From Candidatus Thorarchaeota archaeon (lineage in GTDB: Archaea > Asgardarchaeota > Thorarchaeia > Thorarchaeales > Thorarchaeaceae), in NCBI GenBank assembly GCA_048884965.1, contig JBHLQH010000003.1, forward strand, positions 129,809 through 193,808: DNA of 64,000 nt. The letters run 5' to 3'. Shown one piece after another: positions 11,392 through 21,337 of this stretch (positions within the stretch are counted from its first letter, which is position 1; the number at the start of each line of letters is the position of its first letter). The notes below the pieces were generated by a model, which searched no databases, had not been told where the DNA came from, and saw only the letters and a program-made list of their open reading frames with translations. Made by a program: the position numbers and the translations under genes.

Positions 11392-11448
11392 GAGAAAGAG
11401 AGCGGCTGGGGGTGCTCCCCCGCCATCTCAGTTTATCCATACTAATTG

Positions 11449-11709
11449 TTAGCGTCTGTCATGTTGCCTGAAGGTCTTAGTTTGGACTCTCTGAACCCGC
11501 TGACCAACAGGGAACGGCATGGTTGAATCTCGAATCACTGGTGCATATGAGTAGTCATATCCACGAGTTCCACCAAACCCGTCGACTGAGCGAGATGACG
11601 GTCTCGTCACCCTAACTCGTGCGGATTGTGGTCCTCTGCCAAAGGTAATGCCCGCAAGAATGAATATCAATATCCCAAAGATACAAACCAACGCGAGATC
11701 AAACAGCAC
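11449..11709 (-). CDS. Small protein with N-terminal TM helix and Arg-rich tail
   Basis: Fills the gap between convergent units; AGGAG upstream; hydrophobic N-terminus. Confidence 0.5.
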   Translation of the reverse strand: MLFDLALVCIFGILIFILAGITFGRGPQSARVRVTRPSSRSVDGFGGTRGYDYSYAPVIRDSTMPFPVGQRVQRVQTKTFRQHDRR

Positions 11710-11836
11710 AATAGTTCTATATTTCTCCTACTCTACACCCGGATGAATCAGGTATAGTCTGTATGATGGTTCATTTGAAAGAATATATACCTTCGGAGTT
11801 TTTCAGGAGAAAAACGATTTTCCACGTAGAGAAAAG

Positions 11837-11866
11837 GGAGGGAGGGCCTACTAGAATCCTCCCTCC
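11837..11866 (-). terminator. Stem-loop plus pyrimidine tract after 11873 gene
   Basis: ggagggagg...cctccctcc inverted repeat followed on the minus strand by CTTTTCTC. Confidence 0.5.
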
Positions 11867-11872
11867 TGTATC

Positions 11873-12946
11873 CTACTGATCAGTGACAACGACTTCTTTC
11901 TTCTTTCTACCAAATGCCAAGTATGCTACTAGAGCAAAGACTGCCGCCAAAGCATAGAGCACTAATGGAATCCAGAGGAACTCAATCATCATAAGTCGTG
12001 ACAGATCCCTTCCGTATCCACCGAACTCACTTGGTAGATACAACCACACGAGGAATGCAATGTATACCAATGTCACAATCCATCTGTATTGCTTCTTCAT
12101 GTCCAGTGCATACATGTAGGTGAATACGAACATGAAGGCGAATCCAGAGAAGAACATAGGCCACATATCGGTGCTGCCAATGTCTGGAAATGCGGTATTG
12201 AAGTATGCCACGAAGACCGCGTGAATGGCAACCCAGCTTTCAAGAGTAATGATCCAGCGCTTGTCGATGTGGACTGGTGTGTATGCTAGGGCTATCTGAG
12301 TGAACAAGAGGAACATGTAGAAGAACCCTGAAAGCAGCTGTGGGTCATTGACAGCAGGATGGAACCAGAAAGTATAGACCAGAGCCCATGCGATGATGTA
12401 CTGGTGATTTCTCCTGAAGAACCCAGATACCTGAGCTGTGAATGGCTTGCCAGCTTTCTTCCCTAGAAATAGTCCTCGGCGTGGATGCTCGATGATCAAG
12501 ACCAGTACGAGCATGATGATGACCGAGCCCTGACTCGTCCAGATCGGGACATCTTGAGCAAGACCATCGAATAGGAAGATGGTCTTCAGGAGGTGGATGG
12601 CCATGAACGCTATGGTGACCAATATGACGAAGTAATTAAATTTGGTCAAACTTTGACTGGGAGTCGTCTTGAACTCGGTCAGATTCTTTGATGCCCAGTA
12701 AATTGCTCCCCAAATCAGGAACTGATGGGAAAGATACAATGCCCAAACGATGAGCATACCGACATCATTGCGTGTTGGCAACTTCCAGTAGTACCATTCC
12801 GCTCCTTGGTCTGGAATTAGCTGGTCATACCACGGCTGTATCAGTGGACCAGCTAGCCAAATCAGGAATGTAAAGACCATTGCGACTACGAACAGAAGTC
12901 CCAATGTATTGTATGGAGTTAGCTTCTCTTTCAAGCCCATTATCAT
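11873..12946 (-). CDS. Polytopic membrane protein of unknown function
   Basis: About 10 TM helices; distinctive WYYWKLP, DGLAQDVPIWTSQGSV and WALVYTFWFHP motifs. Confidence 0.75.
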   Translation of the reverse strand: MIMGLKEKLTPYNTLGLLFVVAMVFTFLIWLAGPLIQPWYDQLIPDQGAEWYYWKLPTRNDVGMLIVWALYLSHQFLIWGAIYWASKNLTEFKTTPSQSLTKFNYFVILVTIAFMAIHLLKTIFLFDGLAQDVPIWTSQGSVIIMLVLVLIIEHPRRGLFLGKKAGKPFTAQVSGFFRRNHQYIIAWALVYTFWFHPAVNDPQLLSGFFYMFLLFTQIALAYTPVHIDKRWIITLESWVAIHAVFVAYFNTAFPDIGSTDMWPMFFSGFAFMFVFTYMYALDMKKQYRWIVTLVYIAFLVWLYLPSEFGGYGRDLSRLMMIEFLWIPLVLYALAAVFALVAYLAFGRKKKEVVVTDQ

Positions 12947-13039
12947 AGCCTCAGGAGCAACCTAATGAAACTGCTTCTCTATATAGATGATGGTTTAAGG
13001 ATTAATTAACTAAAACTGAAATATGAGCACCTACTCCTA

Positions 13040-13390
13040 TCACTCTTTTGGTTTTTGAAGAATAGCTGCTGCTACCAGCTCTCGCATCCTTACTAGTTGA
13101 CTTCTCACCTTTTCGATGCCCTCGGGTGTAGATTGGATGATTGTTGTTGGCTTCAACTCTACGAATTGTTTGGTAATCTTCACATACCCCATTTCCTGAA
13201 GCTTCCTCAAGTGGCTTGAAAGGTTCCCAGAAGTAAGATTTAGCTTATTCTGAAGCAGAGTGAATTGGACGCTGTTAGTGAAATACAGATAAACAAGGAT
13301 AGATAGTCTTGCGGGGACGAAGGTCTCACGGTCTTCTTCCATGAAACCTACCAGTGCATTAAGCACGTCCCCGTCAAGAGACAAGATCAA
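13040..13390 (-). CDS. Winged-helix transcriptional regulator (HTH_34/ArsR-MarR-like)
   Basis: PARLSIL...LTSGNLSSHLRKL...GYV...KPTT pattern. Confidence 0.85.
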   Translation of the reverse strand: MILSLDGDVLNALVGFMEEDRETFVPARLSILVYLYFTNSVQFTLLQNKLNLTSGNLSSHLRKLQEMGYVKITKQFVELKPTTIIQSTPEGIEKVRSQLVRMRELVAAAILQKPKE

Positions 13391-14085
13391 CCACTTCCCA
13401 CGGTATGGACAAGCAATCTTTCAGCGGTTATCAGGATATAGATACCAAGCGCGTAGAGTCCTCCTATATCAATTAGAATCATCATTGAAAATGCCAATGG
13501 AGGGACTAGAACGATAGGGATCAAGCTCACGAAAACGAGTATCACGAGCACTAGATGTGAGCGCGAGTAATCAGCGGTCTTCGGGTCCTTTCTCATTCCA
13601 TCATAGATGACTAGGTTTCCTATTCCTAGGAGGAGTTGTACAACGATTGGAAAGATGAACACTTGTCCTGTCCCAAAGGAGTAAATCGAAACAACGACCA
13701 TGACGATGGCGAATATTCCCCACATTATCTTCATCAAAGTCATACCTTCTTGTTCTGAAGGACTGGTGGTCGCATATGATTGCGTCAGCGGAACAACCAA
13801 TCTGAATGCGATGATGAAGGAAACTGAAAGACTCAGAACAACGAAGATAACGACCCCGAGTAGCATAAATCCCAAGGCTTCGATGGCCTCGAATAACGAC
13901 ATGAAGATGAGTGTTGCAAGTGAAACCCCTCCACCGATTAGAACAAAAACCAGACCTGTGACACGGCGCTCCACTACCGCAGGATATCTATCTACTAAAT
14001 CTGTTAACATGAGCAGTTTCTTCGCTCGTTCCAGCATCTCTTCTTGGCTTATATCATTGTCATCAGAGTATGAGTCATCATTCAT
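13387..14085 (-). CDS. Membrane protein (about 6 TM) coupled to the HTH regulator
   Basis: Hydrophobic ORF overlapping the regulator start by 4 nt. Confidence 0.7.
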   Translation of the reverse strand: MNDDSYSDDNDISQEEMLERAKKLLMLTDLVDRYPAVVERRVTGLVFVLIGGGVSLATLIFMSLFEAIEALGFMLLGVVIFVVLSLSVSFIIAFRLVVPLTQSYATTSPSEQEGMTLMKIMWGIFAIVMVVVSIYSFGTGQVFIFPIVVQLLLGIGNLVIYDGMRKDPKTADYSRSHLVLVILVFVSLIPIVLVPPLAFSMMILIDIGGLYALGIYILITAERLLVHTVGSG

Positions 14086-14148
14086 ATTATCACCAATCTT
14101 TTCCCTGACAGCCTGACTATTGAGAATGAATCTTCAAAGTAATAAGTT

Positions 14149-14171
14149 GCGCGGGTATGATGTACCCGCGC
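14149..14171 (-). terminator. Perfect 9-bp stem-loop after ABC-2 permease
   Basis: gcgcgggta-tgatg-tacccgcgc. Confidence 0.5.
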
Positions 14172-14202
14172 GTTTCAAAATAGTCGAGGAGATAGAGGGA
14201 TA

Positions 14203-15366
14203 TTAACGCTTCGAGATTTTCCTCCCGAACAAGAGTGTGCCTAGTAGCATCATTGCCACTCCAACCACAGCAACAACCGCTAGATCCAACCAGATGGAAG
14301 GAGTTCCAATTGGTGCACCTCTGAGGAAGAGGGTAGTTAGTGCATGTGTCACGAAATTACTTGGCATGAACGCTCCAATGGTTTGTGAAAGGCCTCCAAG
14401 TGGCATAAAGGTTCCAAAGAACATCTGTGGCATGATGAAGATAAAGGAGATTCCTGTTGCCACATCTGCTGATTTGGAAATCACTGCTGTAATCAGTCCC
14501 ATACCGACTGATGTCATGGTAAAGACAAGCACAATCAGGAATGCGAAGGCCAGTCCAGCTACATCTGTGTTTGGTCGATATCCGATGGCGAATGCGCCTG
14601 CAAATATGATGGACACTTGTGCAAGTCCCACAATCATGTATGCAAGGGCTTTCGCAGCAATGAACTCGGACGCCTTGACAGGTGTCGTTGCCATTCTGTT
14701 CAGGATACCACTATCACGGTCCACTGTAAGCGACTGCGCGACAATCATGATCATGAAGATCGCAGCGAACGCGAAAATGCCAGGTGCCATGAAGTCCCAC
14801 TGAGTCAGTTCGCTTACATAGACCATCGAAGGGCTTCCAATGGTGATAGGCAAATCCAAGGACCCTGCTTGCGCACCGTATATTGTCGTGAACAGCACTT
14901 GTCGGGTGATTGGAGGGATTGCACTGCTAGCAATCATTGAGCCGCTATCCAGAAACAGTCCAATTGTCGCGTTCTCCCAATTGCTTCCATTCAGAGGAGA
15001 GTTCCAGTATGTTTCAATACTATCCCCAAAGCCTTCTGGAATGATGATCAGTGCATGCAAGCCTCCGTTGATGAGGTCTGACTGACCTGTTTCATTCGAT
15101 GTGTACGAACTGACCACGGTACCGTTGAACTGTGTCAGGTTACCAATGAACCAGTCTGACCATTCGGAATTGGTTGCGTTTGCATCCATGTTAACGACGC
15201 CGATTCTGAACTCAACATCGCCGCCTGAGTTCATGCCTCCGAAAGCTATTCCAAATGTCATGGTGATGACCAATGGGAATAGAAGAAGAAGGAAAAGGAC
15301 CGCTGGCTCTCGCACGAAAGTCTTCAGGTCTTTCTTGAGTAGCACATTGATTCTTCTGAAGTTCAT
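14203..15366 (-). CDS. ABC-2 type exporter permease
   Basis: N-terminal TM, extracellular domain, DRDSGILNRMATTP motif, 5 C-terminal TMs. Confidence 0.88.
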   Translation of the reverse strand: MNFRRINVLLKKDLKTFVREPAVLFLLLLFPLVITMTFGIAFGGMNSGGDVEFRIGVVNMDANATNSEWSDWFIGNLTQFNGTVVSSYTSNETGQSDLINGGLHALIIIPEGFGDSIETYWNSPLNGSNWENATIGLFLDSGSMIASSAIPPITRQVLFTTIYGAQAGSLDLPITIGSPSMVYVSELTQWDFMAPGIFAFAAIFMIMIVAQSLTVDRDSGILNRMATTPVKASEFIAAKALAYMIVGLAQVSIIFAGAFAIGYRPNTDVAGLAFAFLIVLVFTMTSVGMGLITAVISKSADVATGISFIFIMPQMFFGTFMPLGGLSQTIGAFMPSNFVTHALTTLFLRGAPIGTPSIWLDLAVVAVVGVAMMLLGTLLFGRKISKR

Positions 15367-16113
15367 CTAGACTCCCTCCCTGAGCTTCTTCCCAGTCAGT
15401 TTGATGAATACCTCTTCGAGGTCCTTTGCATTATGTTTCTCCATCAGCTCCTGGGGTGAACCCAGAGCGACTAGGCGACCTTCATCGATGATTCCCACTC
15501 GATCACATAGGTACTCAGCTTCTTCCATGTAGTGGGTTGTCAACACGATTGCCATGCCATTCTGCTTGAGTTCCTTGATGAAGTCCCAGACTGCGCGCCT
15601 CGATACTGGATCCATTGCAACAGTCGGTTCGTCCAAGAGTGCTACTTTAGGTTCGTGCACTAGTGCCATTACTGTGCTGACGCGTCTAACCATGCCACCA
15701 CTATATTCCTTAGCTCTCCTGTCCGCATGATCCTCCATTCCTATCTTCTTGATGAGTTCGTCAATCCTTTCATTTAGGGTGCTCTTTGGAACATCATGGA
15801 AGATTCCAAACAACTCAATGTTCTCACGACCTGTGAGATGTCCATAGAACGCTGGTTCTTGGGGACAGACGCCAATGATTTTCCTTACATTGGTTTCATC
15901 ATATTCCACATCATAGCCGCCTACCTGAGCTCCACCTTCAGTCGGTCTCAGGAGTGTGGCTAATATATTCAATAGGGTTGTCTTGCCAGCTCCATTTGGT
16001 CCAAGGAGCCCAAAGAGCTCGCCCCATTTAATCTCAAGACTCAAACCATCGAGTGCTGTGATAGTATCGAATCTCTTTGTAACATTATCAACAATTATCG
16101 CAGATTCGGACAT
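15367..16113 (-). CDS. ABC-2 exporter ATP-binding protein
   Basis: GPNGAGKT, YSGG, LLDEP, TTH. Confidence 0.93.
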   Translation of the reverse strand: MSESAIIVDNVTKRFDTITALDGLSLEIKWGELFGLLGPNGAGKTTLLNILATLLRPTEGGAQVGGYDVEYDETNVRKIIGVCPQEPAFYGHLTGRENIELFGIFHDVPKSTLNERIDELIKKIGMEDHADRRAKEYSGGMVRRVSTVMALVHEPKVALLDEPTVAMDPVSRRAVWDFIKELKQNGMAIVLTTHYMEEAEYLCDRVGIIDEGRLVALGSPQELMEKHNAKDLEEVFIKLTGKKLREGV

Positions 16114-16241
16114 TGTAATTCACATCTATGAGAATACATAATTTGTATATAAGACGAGGACTCTGCTTGAACCACAGTCAAGTTTGCGGCGCAAGCAAGT
16201 ATCACAAGACTGCTTGATATGAGCTTGGAGGTCTGGTTGGG

Positions 16242-17987
16242 TTGTATGGTTACAATGGCAAGATAATAAGTGTCGACCTATCGACGCAAACGATTACAAC
16301 CATCTCTCTGAATGAAGATCATGCTCGGCACTTCATTGGAGGCAGTGGATATGCCTCTAGAATACTCTACGATCTGCTAGACTTCGACTCTGATCCTTTA
16401 GATCCAGACAATATCCTTCTTTTCATGACCGGACCATTGACTGGAACTCTTGCTCCTTGTACCGGACGCCATGTCGTATGTGCTCGCTCTCCTCTAACAG
16501 GTCTCTGGGGAGAATCCAACTCTGGTGGGTTCTTTGGTGCAGAGCTGAAGTTCGCAGGATACGATGGGATTCTCATCACAGGAAAATCCATCGGTCCAAG
16601 TATGTTGACCATTCACAACGATGAAGTATCTATCAGATCGGCGACTCATCTATGGGGGCTGGATACCAATGAAACACAATCTAGAATCCTTCAAGAGTGG
16701 CCTCTTGCAAGAATCGCATGCATTGGTCCTGCAGGAGAGAACCTAGTTCGCTTTTCAAGTGTCGTCAACGAAGAACGCGTGGCAGCCCGATGTGGTATGG
16801 GTGCGGTCATGGGCTCTAAGAACCTCAAGGCTGTTGTAGTAAAGGGGAGTACAAGGCCTTCTCTCTTCGCTCCTGATGACTTCAGAAACCTCGCTTTAGA
16901 ACTATCCAAGAAACTTAGGGCAAAGCATAGGATTCTCGGATATGAAGGTACGGCGATGTATGTCAATCGTGGTATGAGTGCCAATGATATGCCCGTTAAG
17001 TACTTCCAAGAACCAGAGTTCGACGTTACAGGACTTGATGCAGATGCGATGAGCTCTATTCTTACTGGAAGAAAAGCTTGCTATGCATGCCCAATCGGAT
17101 GTGGTCGAGTTGTTTCTATTCCTGGGATTGATGTCAGCGAAATAGCAGGTCCAGAGTTTCAGACGATAGCAGCATTCGGCTCAAACATGCAAAATCCCGA
17201 GATTAGACAGGTCGCTCACGCAAATTGGCTTTGTAATCTCTATGGTCTGGATACTATTAGTTGCGGCAGTACTATTGCTTTGGTGATGGATCTATGCGAG
17301 AAGGGTCTTCTGGATTGGAATATTCGATGGGGCGATATGGAATCTGTCTTTCAGATGATACAAGACATTGCGCTGAGGACGAATCGAGGAGATGAACTTG
17401 CAGAAGGGGCTCTCCGCTTTGCTAGGAAGTATGGATTGGAAGATCATGTTCTCCACGTAAAAGGTCTGGAAATCCCCAATCATGATCCTCGTGCATATGC
17501 TGGATTGGCTGCGGTTTATGCAGTATCTGCTCGCGGTGCGAGCCATACCGAGTCTGATATGCACACTATCGATATTGGCATTGATGTGCCCTCCTTGGGT
17601 ATCCATTCGTCCGATCGAGTTACAAGTGAAGGGAAGGGTAGAACTGCGGCGAAGAATCAGGATTTCCGAGCATTCCATGACTCGATGATTCTATGTCATT
17701 TTCCAGAGGTTTCCCCATCGGATATGGTCACTCTATTGAACCTTGCAACTGGCTCTCAATATGTAGAGAGGGATATCCTTGAATGTGGTTCAAGGATTGT
17801 TGCTATGAAACGAAGGTTCAACCTGCGGTGCGGACTTACTCCGCAGGACGATGTTCTACCAACCCAGCTTCTGCAGCCATTGATTGGGAGCGTTACTGAG
17901 GAATGGGTTCCTGATTTGCATGCTCAATTGGATGAATACTACTCGTACCGCAAGTGGGACCGAGAAACCGGTGAGCCATCCGTCTAG
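16242..17987 (+). CDS. aor: Aldehyde:ferredoxin oxidoreductase family (W-pterin)
   Basis: SPLTG...ESNSGG, GPAGEN, GAVMGSKNLKA, CYACPIGC, GPEFQT, GLDTIS, HDPR. Confidence 0.92.
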   Translation: MYGYNGKIISVDLSTQTITTISLNEDHARHFIGGSGYASRILYDLLDFDSDPLDPDNILLFMTGPLTGTLAPCTGRHVVCARSPLTGLWGESNSGGFFGAELKFAGYDGILITGKSIGPSMLTIHNDEVSIRSATHLWGLDTNETQSRILQEWPLARIACIGPAGENLVRFSSVVNEERVAARCGMGAVMGSKNLKAVVVKGSTRPSLFAPDDFRNLALELSKKLRAKHRILGYEGTAMYVNRGMSANDMPVKYFQEPEFDVTGLDADAMSSILTGRKACYACPIGCGRVVSIPGIDVSEIAGPEFQTIAAFGSNMQNPEIRQVAHANWLCNLYGLDTISCGSTIALVMDLCEKGLLDWNIRWGDMESVFQMIQDIALRTNRGDELAEGALRFARKYGLEDHVLHVKGLEIPNHDPRAYAGLAAVYAVSARGASHTESDMHTIDIGIDVPSLGIHSSDRVTSEGKGRTAAKNQDFRAFHDSMILCHFPEVSPSDMVTLLNLATGSQYVERDILECGSRIVAMKRRFNLRCGLTPQDDVLPTQLLQPLIGSVTEEWVPDLHAQLDEYYSYRKWDRETGEPSV

Positions 17988-18057
17988 CCCATCGAATCGG
18001 GTTTGGAAAAAATGGCATTAAGCGGTAACTTCTTTCGTGGTTTATCTTCGGCTTGAG

Positions 18058-18996
18058 ATGGTGGTTATACTGCAAATACTGGGTGACCTAGTTATACGAT
18101 TGGGATTTTTCTATGCTTTCATTGCTCTTGGTTTTCTTGTCACACGAATTGGTTCTATCAAAGCGAAGCTCAATAAAGTGGTCACATTTGCTCTCATCAA
18201 CTTCATGATGCCTTTGCTGATCATCGACACCTTGCTCACAGCAAATCCAACCTCAATCCTCGAAGTGCTAGGGATTCTTCTCTTCACCGTATTTATCCAT
18301 CTGTTTGGATTCACATTGATGTATATTCGACTCCGGAAAACAGACATTCAAAAGAAGGAGAAAGGCGCCTATCTTCTAACTGTCACCTTCAACAATGGGA
18401 TATTCCTTCCTCTCCCAATCGCTCTGATGTTCATTGGTGAAATCGCTGTACCTGTCATTGCTATCTATTCAATCTCCCAAATGATCATGCTTGCAACCCT
18501 AGGCACCTTCATGGGTTCAGCATATAGCGAGAATCAGGATGATAGAAAGGCGATGTTGAAAAAAGCGCTCACCTTTCCCCCGCTCATCGCAGTTGTCATT
18601 GCATTGATCCTACTTCTATCAGGAGTAGCAATTCCTTCCTTCATCGAACCGATTCTGGATGGCAACTCCTTTGTAACCACCTATCTTGCTCTCTTCGCGG
18701 TAGGGCTGAGTCTTGGAGCTCAAGATATCATCAAGAAAAGCAGGTATGTCTATGAAACCATAGCTATTCGTCAATTTGTCGTCCCCATTACAGTAGGGCT
18801 ACTTCTAATCTTTGCAGGATTGACCCAGCTGGTTAGCAGTGTCATTCTGCTACAAGCAATGATGCCCGCTGCTGTCTTCACAGTGATATATTCTTCAGCG
18901 CTTGAACTCGACTCAGAGAGTGCAGCAACAATAGTTACTCTAGGAACCTTGGTCCTCTTGCCAATCGTCCCATTCATGCCGCTGTTATTCGGATGA
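18058..18996 (+). CDS. AEC (auxin efflux carrier)/malate permease family transporter
   Basis: About 10 TM; FNNGIFLPLP, FPPLIA and QAMMPAA motifs. Confidence 0.85.
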   Translation: MVVILQILGDLVIRLGFFYAFIALGFLVTRIGSIKAKLNKVVTFALINFMMPLLIIDTLLTANPTSILEVLGILLFTVFIHLFGFTLMYIRLRKTDIQKKEKGAYLLTVTFNNGIFLPLPIALMFIGEIAVPVIAIYSISQMIMLATLGTFMGSAYSENQDDRKAMLKKALTFPPLIAVVIALILLLSGVAIPSFIEPILDGNSFVTTYLALFAVGLSLGAQDIIKKSRYVYETIAIRQFVVPITVGLLLIFAGLTQLVSSVILLQAMMPAAVFTVIYSSALELDSESAATIVTLGTLVLLPIVPFMPLLFG

Positions 18997-19041
18997 GAGG
19001 CCCAATGTCAAACCATATATCTCAAAGCGATTTCACTGAAA

Positions 19042-19368
19042 ATGGGTATTAGATTGACAGACGAAAGCAAGGCAGACCCAAAAGAGATCAAGAAGTCCCT
19101 TGATGATGCTGTAAAGAAACTCGATCAAGACAAGTCCGTCAGTGAGAGATGGGGTTCCACAACTTCTGGGAATAAAGAGAGATGGGAAGCTCTCAAAGTA
19201 GCAATCAAAGAGCGTCAGCACGCATTGAAAGAGTTGGTTCGTGAGAAGAAATCTGGTACCATTGGGCAAGACGAATTTGATAGGAAATTCCGTGTACTCC
19301 AAGACGAGCTCACGGAGCTAGAGTTCCAAGTCTACAACCTGCGGCTTGGTACCGATATCAAGATGTAG
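19042..19368 (+). CDS. Hypothetical charged coiled-coil protein
   Basis: Helical, K/E-rich; SHOCT-like GTIGQDEFDRK. Confidence 0.7.
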   Translation: MGIRLTDESKADPKEIKKSLDDAVKKLDQDKSVSERWGSTTSGNKERWEALKVAIKERQHALKELVREKKSGTIGQDEFDRKFRVLQDELTELEFQVYNLRLGTDIKM

Positions 19369-19379
19369 AGTTGAATCTA

Positions 19380-20441
19380 TCATTCTTCCTTCTTTGCATG
19401 TTGGAATAGCAGAGCTGTTTCAACCATCACTACAATGGCAAGGAACCCGGCGATACCAATTGCAAGAAAGTTAATGGAAAGGTTAGAGGCGCTAGGGCCA
19501 CTATCTTCCATAGATGAGGTAAGAATTCCCAAATTATATGTCATAATTGAAAGATAGTCTGACAATCCCGAGAAGAAGATTACTCTCCACCAAATAATTT
19601 CCGAAGCAGTATCCTCCGCCAATTGAACAGCGAATTCACCACTTGGTTGAAGCCTCGCGATATCCGAGCCAAGAATGATATCAAGGCTCCCATTTGCGAG
19701 ACCTGTTTGTACTACAAGAAGATCGGCTCCTGATATGAAGACATTCTCTCCCTGAGATAGGGAGGTGACTACTTCAATGCCAAATGTTTCAGCAACGTAG
19801 GCTTCTGCAGGAAAGACCACAACCGCTCTCAAATTGGAGAACCCATATTCCTGATTCAATTCACCTACAAGGTTCTGAAATTCCTCTACATTCTCAATAA
19901 AGGTAAGAAATGCAGAGTTCCAGTAGTCGCTTCTTGATGGCGCTAGGCTCTTCAATCTGTCAAGGGTTGCATTTGCGATAGCAATCGCATTCTTAGGTAA
20001 CAACCAATATGAATGGATATTCTCATCACCGTGATTATGATCTTGGGATAATAGTGCTCCATCATCATGGACTCCTGGCATGAGAAGCAATTCCGCTCCA
20101 AACGCCTCAAAATCTTCAAGGCTGATGTAGGGAGTATCGACTTGTTCAGCTAGTGACTCCTCCCACGGATAGTGTCCAGTAAGTACAAGTAGATCCGCAG
20201 AAGATGCTGCATCGACGGATGACTGTGGTAGCTGTGCAGCATGAGGTTCTACACCTTCAGGAAGCAATATTGATACATCGACAAACTCCCTTCCTATCAC
20301 ATCTACTATGCCTCCCAGCGGTGCAACTGAAACTGCTACAGAAACCTCTGGTTCTATCTGAGCCTCTGCAAATGGTATGAATCCTATTAGAGAGGTTATA
20401 CACAAAAGGATTCCAAGTACTAGGGAGCTGCCATTTCGCAT
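19380..20441 (-). CDS. znuA: Zn/Mn ABC transporter substrate-binding protein with C-terminal TM anchor
   Basis: Signal peptide, PEGVEPH, His-rich loop, NIHSYWL; divergent from ATPase/permease. Confidence 0.85.
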   Translation of the reverse strand: MRNGSSLVLGILLCITSLIGFIPFAEAQIEPEVSVAVSVAPLGGIVDVIGREFVDVSILLPEGVEPHAAQLPQSSVDAASSADLLVLTGHYPWEESLAEQVDTPYISLEDFEAFGAELLLMPGVHDDGALLSQDHNHGDENIHSYWLLPKNAIAIANATLDRLKSLAPSRSDYWNSAFLTFIENVEEFQNLVGELNQEYGFSNLRAVVVFPAEAYVAETFGIEVVTSLSQGENVFISGADLLVVQTGLANGSLDIILGSDIARLQPSGEFAVQLAEDTASEIIWWRVIFFSGLSDYLSIMTYNLGILTSSMEDSGPSASNLSINFLAIGIAGFLAIVVMVETALLFQHAKKEE

Positions 20442-20536
20442 AATGTCACTTCCGACGTATAATTAAGCATGAATCCCCTGCTAATAATAACGACGCTAAG
20501 GGAACCATGTTGAGTTCAAAGAGGAGGTCCTATTCC

Positions 20537-21337
20537 ATGAGCGAAACCATGTTAATCGAAACGAACGACCTTGCTGTTCGATATCCCAATGGCGAACTCG
20601 CATTACACAACATCACTTTTAGTGTTCCTAGTCCAACATTCATGGCTATTATTGGTCCAAATGGATCCGGAAAGAGCACTTTCTTGAAGACTGCCTTAGG
20701 TATGCTCAAACCAGTACGTGGAAGTATGCGTGTGCTAGGATATGATACGGTTTCTGAGAGCAAACACATTCGAAAGCAAGTACGATATGTTCCTCAGCGA
20801 GATCGAATTCAGCTATCAGTACCGATGAAGGTAAAGGATATCGCATTAATGGGCCGCCTTCTCAAAAAGCCTCCACCAAGATATGCGACATCGAAAGACA
20901 AAGAAATGGCACTTGAAGCTCTAAGGAAAGTCAATATGGACTCACTCTGGAATAGGCCCTTTACAGAGCTTTCTGGTGGTCAAAGACAGAGAGTACTTGT
21001 TGCTAGGGCGCTTGCAAGCGAAGGATCCCTCCTCATGCTTGATGAGCCCCTTGCTGGAACAGACGCAGAGAGCCAGTCGTTGATAGTGGACGCGCTTGCA
21101 GAGTATCATCGGGATAATGAGATCAATATCATCATGGTCACGCATGACCTCAATCCAATTCACACGATGGTCAAGGATGTCCTCCTTCTCAAGAATACCT
21201 TGGTTGGAGTTGGTTCGCCATGTGATATGATGGACCTTGAACTGCTAGTCAGAGTCTATGGCCCTTCTGCAAAGGTAGTAGAGTACGCGGGTCACAGATA
21301 CTGTGTTACTCATGATACTGGAGTTGACCGTCATTGA
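20537..21337 (+). CDS. znuC: Zn/Mn ABC transporter ATPase
   Basis: GPNGSGKS, YVPQ, LSGGQRQR, LDEP, VTHD. Confidence 0.9.
   Translation: MSETMLIETNDLAVRYPNGELALHNITFSVPSPTFMAIIGPNGSGKSTFLKTALGMLKPVRGSMRVLGYDTVSESKHIRKQVRYVPQRDRIQLSVPMKVKDIALMGRLLKKPPPRYATSKDKEMALEALRKVNMDSLWNRPFTELSGGQRQRVLVARALASEGSLLMLDEPLAGTDAESQSLIVDALAEYHRDNEINIIMVTHDLNPIHTMVKDVLLLKNTLVGVGSPCDMMDLELLVRVYGPSAKVVEYAGHRYCVTHDTGVDRH

Noticed and set aside
11340-11430. Selenocysteine or SECIS in the hydrogenase
   Set aside because: L2 motif uses TGT Cys codons; no in-frame TGA; the downstream hairpin lacks a recognisable SECIS core
14237-14803. Long antisense ORFs (also 41728-42285, 13700-14116, 61965-62357 and others)
   Set aside because: Shadow frames of well-supported genes, with no motifs
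16189-16216. Hairpin upstream of aor as a W/Mo-cofactor riboswitch
   Set aside because: Single short imperfect stem with no recognisable consensus
17970-18036. Possible pyrrolysine/readthrough at the AOR TAG (GEPSV*PIESGLEK loosely resembles the usual AOR end)
   Set aside because: Spacing does not match well, many genes here end in TAG, and no pyl genes are visible
19042-19368. ESCRT/Cdv-like identity for the coiled-coil protein
   Set aside because: Only generic coiled-coil character; no ESCRT neighbours
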